This document shows, piece by piece, positions 19,940-30,093 of a stretch of DNA of 64,000 nt (the first letter of the stretch is position 1; each line of letters begins with the position of its first letter). The position numbers were made by a program, and so were the translations under genes. Source of the stretch: Actinomycetota bacterium (GTDB lineage Bacteria; Actinomycetota; Acidimicrobiia; Acidimicrobiales; Microtrichaceae). The stretch is taken from assembly GCA_044508215.1 (NCBI GenBank), contig JBIQID010000003.1:10000-73999 (forward strand), read 5' to 3'. The notes beneath the pieces are model-generated. The model saw only the letters and a list, made by a program, of their open reading frames with translations, had not been told where the DNA came from and searched no databases.

Positions 19940-20983
19940 TCAGCGCAGGGGGTGCGCCTCGAACCAGTCGAGGGCGAGGTCCGTGGCATCGATGGTGCGC
20001 GTCGTGACCTGCGCGGGCCGGTCGATCGCGGCGCCCGGCCAGGTGTGGCCGCCGTGCAGGATCGAGTACAGCTCCACGCCGGTGCCCTCCGGGCAACCCC
20101 GGTAGGTCCAGCGCTCGACGTCGTCGCCGATCTGCTCGACGTCCTTCTCCTCGGAGCAGCCGTTGTTGCTGGCCCACCTCGGCATGTTGACCTCGACGCC
20201 GGGGAGGTCCCTGTTGGGGCCGGTGACCACGACGCCCTCGTCCGCGCCCTCGCCGTAGGGGACGACGTAGTCGGCCGTCCCGTGGAAGGCGACCACCGGG
20301 ATGGCACAACCGTCGGGGGCGACCTCCTCGGCGACCAGTGCGATCGAGGCGAAGCGGTCGGGGTGCGTGCAGGCGGTGATCGTCGCCTTCCATGCGCCGA
20401 GCGAGATCCCGGCGGCGTGCACGCGGTCGAGGTCCACGCACCAACCAGCCGCCACGTGGTCGAGGAGTGCCACGAGGAACCGGTCGTCGCGGCCCTGACC
20501 CGGGAGCTCCCACATGCCGTCGATCGCGTCGGGCGTGACGACGATGTGGCCGCGGGCGGTGCCCTTCGCCGGGATCAGCGAGTAGGCGCTCTGCTGCACA
20601 GCGTTCGACCCGGCACCGTGCAGGTTCAGCACCAGGGGAGCGGGGACGTCCGGGTCGTAGGCCCTCGGGACGCCCAGGCGGTAGGTGCGGGTGACGCCGT
20701 CCGACTCGAACGTGAGCGGCACGTCGGCGACGGGGTCGTCGGTCGCAGTGATGGCAGGCGACGTGCCGCAACCCTCGCTGGGCCGGGCGGCACCTCGGCC
20801 GCGCCCTGGCGCCTCGGTGCTCGTCGTCGATCTCACGCCGCCGGGCGGCTCCTCCGACGTGGTGCTGGTACCGGCGTCCCCGGATCGGGACTCCGTGCCG
20901 CCGTCCCCGGAGCTGGAGCACCCGGCCACGAACGCCACGGCCACCATGATCAGCGCCAGTGCCCTCTGCGTCCCGTGGGTCAT
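19940..20983 (-). CDS. Lipoprotein esterase, PHB-depolymerase/LpqC-like family (second copy)
   Basis: ATG 20983 overlaps the stop of the upstream LLM gene (ATGA). Lipobox FVAGCSSSG. Motifs: PLVLNLHGAG, AAGISLGAWK, FHGTADYVVPY. Confidence 0.8.
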   Translation of the reverse strand: MTHGTQRALALIMVAVAFVAGCSSSGDGGTESRSGDAGTSTTSEEPPGGVRSTTSTEAPGRGRGAARPSEGCGTSPAITATDDPVADVPLTFESDGVTRTYRLGVPRAYDPDVPAPLVLNLHGAGSNAVQQSAYSLIPAKGTARGHIVVTPDAIDGMWELPGQGRDDRFLVALLDHVAAGWCVDLDRVHAAGISLGAWKATITACTHPDRFASIALVAEEVAPDGCAIPVVAFHGTADYVVPYGEGADEGVVVTGPNRDLPGVEVNMPRWASNNGCSEEKDVEQIGDDVERWTYRGCPEGTGVELYSILHGGHTWPGAAIDRPAQVTTRTIDATDLALDWFEAHPLR

Positions 20984-21927
20984 CGGATCGATCCTTTGGG
21001 GACAGGCGGGGCGGCTTCGCGGAAGGCGGTGACCGCCGCGGCGAAGAGGTCCTCGGCTGCCGACGGGTCGTCGGGGGCCCTCAGGGTGAGCCGCACGTCG
21101 GTGACCCCCACCTCGGCGAGGGGCGGCACCGCCTCGAAGGTGGCGGCGAAGTCGATCGACCCGTCCACCGCAGCGACCGTCCGGACCGCACCCACGATCT
21201 GGATGCCGTCGAGCGACCCGCCCTCCGCCTCGACCAGCCCCCGCATCTCGTCGATCCCAGTGGGGAGGTCCGCGGCAGCAGGGCCCCACGGGATCCAGCC
21301 GCTGCCGAACCGGGCGATGCGACGTGCGACGGCCCGGTTCGCGGTGCCCGACACCCAGATCGGGACACCGCCCGGCTGCCGCGGCTTGGGCATCTGGTGG
21401 ATGCCGCCGAACGACAGGCGCTCGTCGGAGAACGACGCCCGCTCGTCCCGCCACAGCGTCGAGAGGACCCCGAGCGTGTGGTCGAGGAGCCGGCCGCGCT
21501 CGGAGAAGTCCAGGCCGGCGGCCTCGTACTCCTCCCTCTGCCAGCCCACTCCGACGCCGAGGTCGACCCGTCCCTCCGACAGCACGTCGAGCGTGGACAA
21601 CGCCTTCGCCAGCACCACCGGTCGACGGAGCGCCGCGAGGAGGATGCCGGTGCCCAGCCGCACCCGCTCGGTCACCGCGGCGACCGCCGACAGCACGGTG
21701 ATCGGCTCCAGCCAGTGGCCGTCGGGCCCGGTCGGCTGGCGACCGCCCGCCACCCCGCCCACCTCCGGCCGTCCGTAGGCGTCGAGCCGCTCGCCGAAGG
21801 CCACGTGGTCGGTGACCACCAGCCGGTCGATCCCCGCACGGTCGGCCGCCTGCGCCCGTTCGAGCAGGGGGCGCCACGACCCCGGGTCGGTGGCGGAGAA
21901 CGTGACGAGCGTGGTCGACAGCTCCAT
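20980..21927 (-). CDS. LLM-class (luciferase-like) F420-dependent oxidoreductase
   Basis: ATG 21927, 315 aa. Motifs: DRLVVTDHV, LGTGILLAALRRP, DVLSEGRVDLGVGVGWQREEYEA, all typical of the Rv2161c-type LLM family. Confidence 0.85.
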   Translation of the reverse strand: MELSTTLVTFSATDPGSWRPLLERAQAADRAGIDRLVVTDHVAFGERLDAYGRPEVGGVAGGRQPTGPDGHWLEPITVLSAVAAVTERVRLGTGILLAALRRPVVLAKALSTLDVLSEGRVDLGVGVGWQREEYEAAGLDFSERGRLLDHTLGVLSTLWRDERASFSDERLSFGGIHQMPKPRQPGGVPIWVSGTANRAVARRIARFGSGWIPWGPAAADLPTGIDEMRGLVEAEGGSLDGIQIVGAVRTVAAVDGSIDFAATFEAVPPLAEVGVTDVRLTLRAPDDPSAAEDLFAAAVTAFREAAPPVPKGSIR

Positions 21928-22421
21928 CACCCGTGGCCGCCCGAGGCTTCGAACACGTCGAGGCGGGGCTCCCCATCTGTGGCGGTGCGAGCCCACGTCC
22001 GGTAGCTGCGACCGGAGATCCACCACCGCCCGTCCACCCGGCGGAAGCGGTCCTCGTAGACCCCGAACGCCTGCGACCGCAGCCCCGTCTCCCGGCTGTC
22101 CCGCAGCTCGCACATGTAGAGGCGGCCCCGCGCCTCGTCGGCGGCGTCGATCCAGGTCCGGGCGCTGAGGATCACGAACTGGAAGAAGCCGAAGCGCTCC
22201 ATCGCCGGCCCGACGAACGCTGCGAAGGCCGTAGGGCCTCGCGTCACGATCGGGTCGCCTCGGCGGGTGTCGACGACCACCTCGCAGTCGGGGAGGAACA
22301 GCTCGTCGAGCTCGCCGAACGCCCGCCGGTTGATGAGGTCCGCGTACGCGTGCCACAGCCGCTCGATCTCGATGTGGTCCACCGCCTCCTCGGCGCGAGA
22401 CCGCTCCGTCCCGCCGCCCAT
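21927..22421 (-). CDS. SnoaL-like/NTF2-fold protein
   Basis: ATG 22421, 164 aa. HIEIERLWHAYADLINRRAFGELDELF is typical of SnoaL_4-type proteins. Its stop overlaps the LLM start by 1 nt (TGATG). Confidence 0.7.
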   Translation of the reverse strand: MGGGTERSRAEEAVDHIEIERLWHAYADLINRRAFGELDELFLPDCEVVVDTRRGDPIVTRGPTAFAAFVGPAMERFGFFQFVILSARTWIDAADEARGRLYMCELRDSRETGLRSQAFGVYEDRFRRVDGRWWISGRSYRTWARTATDGEPRLDVFEASGGHG

Positions 22422-22429
22422 CGATCCGT

Positions 22430-22804
22430 TCACTCCGGCCGGTGGCAGACGGCCTCGACGTTGTTTCCGTCGGGGTCCCGCACGAACGCTCCGAAGTAGC
22501 CGGGGTGGTAGATCGGCCACTCCTTCGGCTCGTGCAGCACCTCTGCACCCGCCTCGACCGCTGCCTCGAAGAACGCGCGCACCTGGTCCCGGTCGCGGGC
22601 CGCGAACGCGATGTGGTCCTCACGCCAGCCGGTGTGGTCCTCCGACAGCGGGCCCAGCCAGAAGTCCGGCTTGTCGACGCCGTAGCCGATGACACCCTCC
22701 ATCGGCTCCATCAGCCGCTTCGCCCCGAGCGGGGCGAGCACCTTGTCGTAGAACGCGGCGCTGGCGGACACGTCGCTGCACTGGATCCCGAGGTGGTCGA
22801 TCAT
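22430..22804 (-). CDS. VOC/glyoxalase-family protein
   Basis: ATG 22804 follows an AGGAAGGA RBS. MIDHLGIQCSDVSASAAFY...HIAF...DPDGNNVEAV is the classic VOC fold signature. Confidence 0.85.
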   Translation of the reverse strand: MIDHLGIQCSDVSASAAFYDKVLAPLGAKRLMEPMEGVIGYGVDKPDFWLGPLSEDHTGWREDHIAFAARDRDQVRAFFEAAVEAGAEVLHEPKEWPIYHPGYFGAFVRDPDGNNVEAVCHRPE

Positions 22805-22881
22805 GGGCTCATCCTTCCTCATCGCCGTGTCGGCGCGCGGCTCCTCCTGCCCGCCGCACGGGGGGCTGGCATGCTGGGCGG

Positions 22882-23163
22882 GTGACGGACCTGCAGCAGC
22901 GGTTCCGGGCGGTGATCGCCGACCTGGCGACGGGCGAGGTGGTGTCGTACGGCGAGGTCGCCCGCCGGGCGGGGCGCCGCGGGGCGGCGCGGGCGGTCGG
23001 AGCGTTCCTGTCCGAGCACGGGTCGGACCTGCCGTGGTGGCGGGTGGTCCGAGCCGACGGCCGGGTGGCCCCCCACAAACCGCAGGAACAGACCCGGCGC
23101 CTGCAGGCCGAGGGGATCGACGTGGTCGGGGGGCGGGTCGTCGACGCGCTCCCACCCCGCTGA
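22882..23163 (+). CDS. Alkyltransferase-like (ATL) protein: MGMT DNA-binding domain with the catalytic Cys replaced
   Basis: 93 aa, GTG start. Contains YGEVARRAG...RAVG and PWWRVVRADG where O6-alkylguanine transferases have PCHRV. Confidence 0.75.
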   Translation: MTDLQQRFRAVIADLATGEVVSYGEVARRAGRRGAARAVGAFLSEHGSDLPWWRVVRADGRVAPHKPQEQTRRLQAEGIDVVGGRVVDALPPR

Positions 23164-23202
23164 TCAGGACGTGGGGAGCGGTCGCGCCGCCGGTCCGCTC
23201 GG

Positions 23203-23475
23203 TCAGAGGCGCACGTCGACGTGGGCCTCGTCCTCGTCGACCAATCGCTCGCAGGTGGGGCACCAGAGTCGGACCTCCACCGAGCTGCCGCACGCGTCGT
23301 GGTAGGTCTCGCCCTCGTGGCGTCCGCTCTGGCGTGCGCCCCAGCTCGACAGGAGCGTCAGCGCTCCGGCGAGGTCACGGCCCGGACCGGTGAGCTCGTA
23401 GCTGTAGCGGGCCGGGCGGTGCGAGTACGCGGCCGCCGTCACGAGACCGTCCCGTTCCAGCTCCCACCGCACCAT
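23203..23475 (-). CDS. HxlR/MarR-type wing fragment fused to an HxxC...CxxC zinc-ribbon tail (N-terminally short, possibly decayed regulator)
   Basis: LERDGLV...PARYSYELTGPGRDL matches only the C-terminal wing of HxlR regulators. No recognition helix is encoded upstream in any frame. The tail is HDACGSSVEVRLWCPTCERL. The start is uncertain: ATG 23475, or the Arg-rich extension to 23586. Confidence 0.4.
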   Translation of the reverse strand: MVRWELERDGLVTAAAYSHRPARYSYELTGPGRDLAGALTLLSSWGARQSGRHEGETYHDACGSSVEVRLWCPTCERLVDEDEAHVDVRL

Positions 23476-23540
23476 CCGACCTTCTCGACGCACTCGAATC
23501 CGCTGCGCGGTCGGCCGCCGAGGCTGCCGGCCCGTCCGTC

Positions 23541-24386
23541 GTGACGGTCGGCAGGAACGGCCGAGGATCCGGCTTCGTCGTGGCACCCGGAAGGGTCCTG
23601 ACCAACGCCCACAACCTGCGCGACCGCACCACCCAGCTCACGTTCGCCGACGGTCGCTCGGTGCAGGGCAGGGTCGTGGCCGCCGACCTGCACGGCGACC
23701 TGGTCGTGCTCGAGGCCGACACGGCCGAGGCCGCCCCCCTCGAGTGGTCCGACGGGCCACCCGAGCTCGGCGCAGTGGTCTTCGGCGCGGGCCGATCCCA
23801 CCACGGGTTGCGCTTCACCGTCGGGACGGTCTCCGGCGTCGACCGCCCGTTCCGGGGGCCCGGCGGCCGGCGTGTGGCCGGCGCCATCGAGCACACGGCT
23901 CCGATGGCGCCGGGCTCGTCGGGCGGACCGCTCCTGGACCGGGACGGTCGGGTGGCCGGGGTGAACACGCACCGACTCGGTCGGGGCTTCTACCTGGCGG
24001 TGCCGACGGGCGACGAACTGCGCCGCCGAGTCGACGACCTCGCAGCGGGGACGTCACCGCGTCACCTGACGATCGGCGTCGCCGTCGCACCGGCTGAGGT
24101 GGCTCGCCGCCTTCGTCGCTCGGTGGGCCTGCCCGAGCGCGACGGCCTGCTGGTGCGGGGCGTCGAGGAGGACGGCACCGCGGCTCGTGCGGGGGTGCAG
24201 GCGGGCGACCTGCTGGTGTCGGCCTCCGGTCGCGAGCTGATGACGCCCGACGACCTGTTCGCCGTGCTGTCCGCCCACGACCCGGCGACGTCGCTGGAGC
24301 TCGGCGTGGTGCGCGGCGCCGACGAGCTCTCCGTCTCCGTGCGCTGGGACGACACCGCCGGCACCACCGACGCCGACTCCGAGTGA
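23541..24386 (+). CDS. Trypsin-like (S1C/HtrA-type) serine protease with C-terminal PDZ domain, no signal peptide
   Basis: GSGFVV...TNAHN (His), DLVVLE (Asp), PGSSGGPL (Ser). PDZ-like GLLVRGVEEDGTAARAGVQAGDLLV. Only 9 residues precede GSGFV. Confidence 0.8.
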   Translation: MTVGRNGRGSGFVVAPGRVLTNAHNLRDRTTQLTFADGRSVQGRVVAADLHGDLVVLEADTAEAAPLEWSDGPPELGAVVFGAGRSHHGLRFTVGTVSGVDRPFRGPGGRRVAGAIEHTAPMAPGSSGGPLLDRDGRVAGVNTHRLGRGFYLAVPTGDELRRRVDDLAAGTSPRHLTIGVAVAPAEVARRLRRSVGLPERDGLLVRGVEEDGTAARAGVQAGDLLVSASGRELMTPDDLFAVLSAHDPATSLELGVVRGADELSVSVRWDDTAGTTDADSE

Positions 24387-24436
24387 GCTGACCCACCGCC
24401 ACCTTCGCGTGCACCGGTGTCGCACCCACGGCACCG

Positions 24437-25759
24437 GTGCACGAGGGTTCGAGGCGCGTGGCGGGATGCTCGCAGTACGGTCCTGGCTGCGTGAGCGAAC
24501 CTGCGGCTTCCGTCGAGGTCGACCTCTCATCGGTCGACCTCACCGACCTCGAGCGGTTCGCGCACGGCTTCCCGTACGAGACGTTCGCGGCCCTGCGGAA
24601 GCTGGCACCCGTGTGGTTCCACGAGCCGACGGACCACACCCCGGGCGGCGAGGGGTTCTGGGTGGTGTCCCGTCACGCCGACTGCCTGGCGGCCAGCGCC
24701 GACGCGGCCACGTTCAGCTCGCACACCGGCCCCGGTCGCGACGGGTCCGGCGGGACCCTGATCGAGGACCTGCCAGGCGGCTTCGCTGCGGGAGTGCTCC
24801 TCAACATGACGGACGAACCGCGCCACAACCGGGTGCGTCGCCTGCTCACTCCGTCGGTCTCGCCTCGCGCGCTCGAGCGACTGGGAGAGGACCTCCGTCG
24901 GCGGACGACCCACATCGTCGACACCGTGGCAGCACGCGGCGAGTGCGACCTCGTCGTCGACGTGGCCACCGAGCTGCCGCTCCAGGCGATCGCGCACCTC
25001 CTCGGGGTGCCGCAGGAGGACCGGCACCACCTGTTCGACTGGGCGACGGCGACCCTCGACTACGACGACCGCGAGCTGGGCCAGGCGTCCGAGCGGACCC
25101 AGGCGGCCTCCGCTGCGATGTTCGAGTACGGCACCCGCTTGGTGGCAGCGAAGCGCACCGCAGGGCCGGCCCACGCCCACGACCTGCTCGCCGCCGCCGT
25201 TGCGAGCACGGATCCGGAGCTCGACGAGCTGGAGCTGCAGATGCTCTTCAACCTGCTCGTCGCGGCCGGAAGCGAGACGACACGCAACTCGATCACCCTC
25301 GGGTTGCTGGCCCTCGCCGCCGAACCCGAGCAGTGGGACCGGCTCCACCGCGATCGCACGCTGCTGCCGTCCGCGGTGGAGGAGGTGCTCCGCTACGCGG
25401 CGACCACCCCGTACAACCGGCGCACGGCGACGGTCGACACGACCCTCGGCGGCCAGCGGATCGCCGCCGGCGACAAGGTCACGCTCTGGTGGGCCTCGGC
25501 CAACCGCGACGAGGCGGTGTTCGACGAGCCCGACCGGTTCCGCGTCGATCGTTCGCCGAACCCACACCTGGCGTTCGGGCACGGCGGGCACTTCTGCCTC
25601 GGGGCGAACCTCGCCCGCACCGAGATCCGGCTGGTGCTCGAAGCGTTCCTCGACCGCTTCGAAGGCCTCGAGCCGACGGGCCCCGTGGAGCGGACCCGCA
25701 GCAACAAGCACACCGGCGTCCGGCACGCGCCGGTCCGGCTCGTGTCCCGGGCAACGTGA
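24437..25759 (+). CDS. Cytochrome P450
   Basis: FGHGGHFCLGANLARTE heme loop. AAGSETT I-helix. EEVLRY (ExxR). The start is uncertain: GTG 24437, 24458 or 24491. Confidence 0.9.
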   Translation: MHEGSRRVAGCSQYGPGCVSEPAASVEVDLSSVDLTDLERFAHGFPYETFAALRKLAPVWFHEPTDHTPGGEGFWVVSRHADCLAASADAATFSSHTGPGRDGSGGTLIEDLPGGFAAGVLLNMTDEPRHNRVRRLLTPSVSPRALERLGEDLRRRTTHIVDTVAARGECDLVVDVATELPLQAIAHLLGVPQEDRHHLFDWATATLDYDDRELGQASERTQAASAAMFEYGTRLVAAKRTAGPAHAHDLLAAAVASTDPELDELELQMLFNLLVAAGSETTRNSITLGLLALAAEPEQWDRLHRDRTLLPSAVEEVLRYAATTPYNRRTATVDTTLGGQRIAAGDKVTLWWASANRDEAVFDEPDRFRVDRSPNPHLAFGHGGHFCLGANLARTEIRLVLEAFLDRFEGLEPTGPVERTRSNKHTGVRHAPVRLVSRAT

Positions 25760-26462
25760 CCGCCGCCGACGTGGAGGACCCCGACGCGGGTAGGGGATCG
25801 TCCGTGGTGGACGACCAGCGGCGCAGCGACGCACCGGACGACGCGCGCCGCTGGGCGGTCCCGGGGGCACTCGAGGCGGCCTACCGGAAGGACCCCGCGC
25901 TCCGCGGTGGCAACGCCGCCGAGCTCGTGCTGTACCCAGGTATCTGGGCGCTGGCCGTGCACCGCATCGCCCATCCGCTGTGGCGGCTCGGGGTCCCGTT
26001 CATCCCGCGCCTGCTCTCGCAGTTCGTCAGGATGCTCACGGCGGTGGAGATCCATCCCGGGGCGAGGATCGGCAAGCGGCTCTTCATCGACCACGGCGCA
26101 GGCGTGGTGATCGGCGAGACGGCCGAGATCGGCGACGACGTGATGATGTACCACGGGGTCACCCTGGGCGGTCACGGCTGGTGGGCGGACGAGAAGGGGT
26201 CGAAGCGCCACCCGACGATCGGCGACCGCGTCACGATCGGTGTGGGCGCAGCGATCCTCGGCCCCGTGACCGTCGGAGCGGGGACCCGCATCGGTCCCTA
26301 CGCGGTGGTCATCGAGGACATCCCACCCGACTCCATCGTGGTCGCCCCGAAGGGTCGATGCGTGGTGGAGCGGGGCGTCCGCGTGCCCCGTGAGGACGAG
26401 CGGACCGACGAATCGCTGATGCAGCCGGCGTGGCTGCAGAACCACGAGATGGGAGGGCTGTG

Positions 26463-26463
<1 letters not shown>
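25756..26463 (+). CDS. cysE: Serine O-acetyltransferase
   Basis: Hexapeptide-repeat core [41 protein letters not shown], preceded by [11 protein letters not shown] 25756 overlaps the P450 stop (GTGA). A downstream GTG start is also possible. Confidence 0.85.
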
Positions 26464-27386
<923 letters not shown>

Positions 27387-27395
27387 CCGGGCGGT

Positions 27396-29231
27396 TCAGC
27401 TCGGCGATCCCGCTCGCGACGTGTCGTGGCGGAGGTCGAGGCCCTCGAACCGGCCGCTCTCCCTCCAGCGCTCGATCATCGAGAAGAACGCAACGGCCCC
27501 ATCGGGGTGGCCGACGCTCGTGAACGAACCGCCCCCGGCCGAGAAGTGGCCTTCGTTGTTGTAGTAGCCGGGGGTGCAGTCGGCGAGGAACCTCGCTCCG
27601 AAGACCCGTCCGGAGCCAAGGAGCAGATCCATCCAGGCCCCCTCCGCCTCGGCTGTCGCCTCGACCTCCACGATCCCCTCGTCCTCGGCGTGGCGCACGA
27701 TCGCGGCGATCGTCTTGGCGCCCTCCGACAGGTTGTGCGGGTAGTTGGAGATCAGGTTGGCGCCCTGCGCGGCCTGCAGGATGAAGGCGTTGGGGAATCC
27801 GTGGACGTGCATCCCGTGGAGGGTCCGCATGCCACCCGCCCAGTGCTCCGAGAGGGCCTCGCCGTCACGGCCGATCGGGTCGAACCCGCTCCGACGGGCG
27901 TACTCGGTGCCCACCTCGTAACCCGACGCGAACACGATGCAGTCGAGCTCGTGCTCCACGCCGCCCACCACGACCCCGGCCTCGGTGATGCGCTCGACGC
28001 CGGTCCCGTCGGTGTCCACCAGGTGGGTGTTCGGTCGGTTGAACGCCTGGAGGTACTCGTCGTGGAAGCACGGCCGCTTGCAGAGCTGGCGGTACCACGG
28101 CTTCAGGGCCTCGGCGGTCGACGGGTCGTGGACGATCTCGTCGACCCGGGCGCGGATCTCGTCCATCTTCTCGAAGTCCGACTCGTCGAACGCCCGCTCG
28201 AACGACTCGATCGTGAACGTCGCCTCGGGGTCGGACAGCACCTTGTCGCGCACCCGCCGCGAGATGTCGGTCCAGCCGTCGGCCACCAGGTCCTCGTGGC
28301 CGAAGTCGCCGGTCTGCACGGCGGTGAAGCTGGCCATCCAGCGCTGCTGCCACCCTGGTTCGAGCACCTCTCGCTCGAACCAGTCGGGGTCGGTCGGCTC
28401 GTTCGCCCGCACGTCCACGGACGACGGCGTCCGCTGGAACACGTACAGCTGGCCGGCAGCGCGGGCCAGGTGCGGTACGCACTGCACCGCCGTCGCTCCG
28501 GTGCCGATGATCCCCACCCGCTTGTCGGCGAGCCGGTCCATCGGCGCACCGTCGGGGTCGCCGCCGGTGTAGTCGTAGTCCCAGCGGCTCGTGTGGAAGG
28601 AGTGGCCGGCGAAGGTGGCGAGCCCGGGGATGCCGGGCAGCTTCGGGCGATGGAGCGGCCCGGTGCCCCACACCACGAACCGCGCGAGCAGCTCGTCGCC
28701 CCGGTCGGTGCTGACCCTCCACCTGGACCGGCTCTCGTCCCACTCCACGCCGTCCACCTGGGTGTGCAGCAGAGCGCCGTCGTAGAGCCCGTACTGCTCG
28801 GCGATGCGCCGGCAGTGCTCGAGGATCTCGGGACCGTGCGCGTACTTCTCGCTCGGCATGTGGCCCGTCTCCTCGAGGAGCGGCATGTAGACGAACGAGT
28901 GCGTGTCGCACTGCACGCCGGGGTAGCGGTTCCAGTACCAGGTCCCGCCGACGTCACCGCCCTTCTCGATGATGCGGACGTCGCGGATCCCGGCCTCCGC
29001 CAGCCGCGCCCCGGTGATGAGGCCGGAGAAGCCCCCGCCGACGAGGGCCACGGTGACCTCGGCCTGGATCGGCTCGCGCTCCGTCCGAGGCACGTAGGGA
29101 TCGTCGACGTAGTGGGCGAACGTCCCGCTGACCTCGACGTACTGGTCGTTCCCGTCGGGCCGGAGCCGCTTGTCGCGCTCTGCCCGGTAGCGGGCGAGCA
29201 CCTCCTCGCGGTCCATGGCGTGCGAGTCCAT
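27396..29231 (-). CDS. Baeyer-Villiger-type flavin monooxygenase (FAD/NADPH dependent)
   Basis: ATG 29231 (or 29216). GGGFSG FAD fold, BVMO fingerprint FAGHSFHTSRWD, GTGATA NADPH fold. Confidence 0.9.
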   Translation of the reverse strand: MDSHAMDREEVLARYRAERDKRLRPDGNDQYVEVSGTFAHYVDDPYVPRTEREPIQAEVTVALVGGGFSGLITGARLAEAGIRDVRIIEKGGDVGGTWYWNRYPGVQCDTHSFVYMPLLEETGHMPSEKYAHGPEILEHCRRIAEQYGLYDGALLHTQVDGVEWDESRSRWRVSTDRGDELLARFVVWGTGPLHRPKLPGIPGLATFAGHSFHTSRWDYDYTGGDPDGAPMDRLADKRVGIIGTGATAVQCVPHLARAAGQLYVFQRTPSSVDVRANEPTDPDWFEREVLEPGWQQRWMASFTAVQTGDFGHEDLVADGWTDISRRVRDKVLSDPEATFTIESFERAFDESDFEKMDEIRARVDEIVHDPSTAEALKPWYRQLCKRPCFHDEYLQAFNRPNTHLVDTDGTGVERITEAGVVVGGVEHELDCIVFASGYEVGTEYARRSGFDPIGRDGEALSEHWAGGMRTLHGMHVHGFPNAFILQAAQGANLISNYPHNLSEGAKTIAAIVRHAEDEGIVEVEATAEAEGAWMDLLLGSGRVFGARFLADCTPGYYNNEGHFSAGGGSFTSVGHPDGAVAFFSMIERWRESGRFEGLDLRHDTSRAGSPS

Positions 29232-30058
29232 CACACGCAGCGGTTGCGGATGGTGCCGATGCCCTCGATCCGGCTCTCGAGCACCTGACCGGGCTGCAGG
29301 AACCGTGGCGGCTGACGGGTGAAGCCGACTCCCGCCGGGGTCCCGGTGAAGATCAGGTCGCCGGGGAGGAGGGGCACGACCGCCGACAGCTCGGCCACCA
29401 GCCGGGGGACCGAGAACACGAGGTCGCTGGTGCGACCGTCCTGGACGACCTCGCCGTCGAGCGTGCACCCGAGCGCCAGGTCGTCGCGGTCCGCCAGCTC
29501 GTCGGGCGTGACCACCCAGGGGCCGATGGGCGCGTACCCCGGCCGTGACTTCCCGAGGGAGAACTGGCCGCCGGCGGCGAACTGGAGGTGGCGGTCACTG
29601 ATGTCCTGCCCCACGGTGAGGCCGGCGACGTGTGCCCACCCGTCCGCCTCCGGAGCGTGGTGGGCACGGCGCCCGACGACGAGGACCAGCTCGACCTCCC
29701 AGTCGACCTGGTGGCCCACCACCGGGATGTCGTCGAAGGGGCCGCTGATCGACGCGGGGAACTTCGTGAACGTCGCCGGGACGTCGGGCACCGCCATGCC
29801 GGCCTCGTCGGCGTGGCTCTGGTAGTTGAGACCGATGGCGAAGACCTGCCGGGGCGCGGGCACCGGGCACCGCAACTGGGAGCCGTCGAGCGGAGCCGTC
29901 CCCTCCGCCACCGTCGGGGAAAGGTCCACGAGCTCGTCCCAGCGCTCCCAGACGGCCATGAGGTCGGGACCGATGCGTCCGCTCGACACCTCCTCGACAT
30001 CGACGAACCCGTCGCCGATCACGAGCGATGCGCGGCCGTCGACGTTGGCGATCCTCAT
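29231..30058 (-). CDS. Fumarylacetoacetate hydrolase (FAH)-family protein
   Basis: ATG 30058, 275 aa. Motifs: FAIGLNYQSHADE, DWEVELVLVVGR, GDLIFTGTPAGVG. Its stop overlaps the BVMO start by 1 nt. Confidence 0.9.
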   Translation of the reverse strand: MRIANVDGRASLVIGDGFVDVEEVSSGRIGPDLMAVWERWDELVDLSPTVAEGTAPLDGSQLRCPVPAPRQVFAIGLNYQSHADEAGMAVPDVPATFTKFPASISGPFDDIPVVGHQVDWEVELVLVVGRRAHHAPEADGWAHVAGLTVGQDISDRHLQFAAGGQFSLGKSRPGYAPIGPWVVTPDELADRDDLALGCTLDGEVVQDGRTSDLVFSVPRLVAELSAVVPLLPGDLIFTGTPAGVGFTRQPPRFLQPGQVLESRIEGIGTIRNRCV

Positions 30059-30093
30059 GGGACGATCCTCCCACGGGCCGACGGTGCGGCGGC

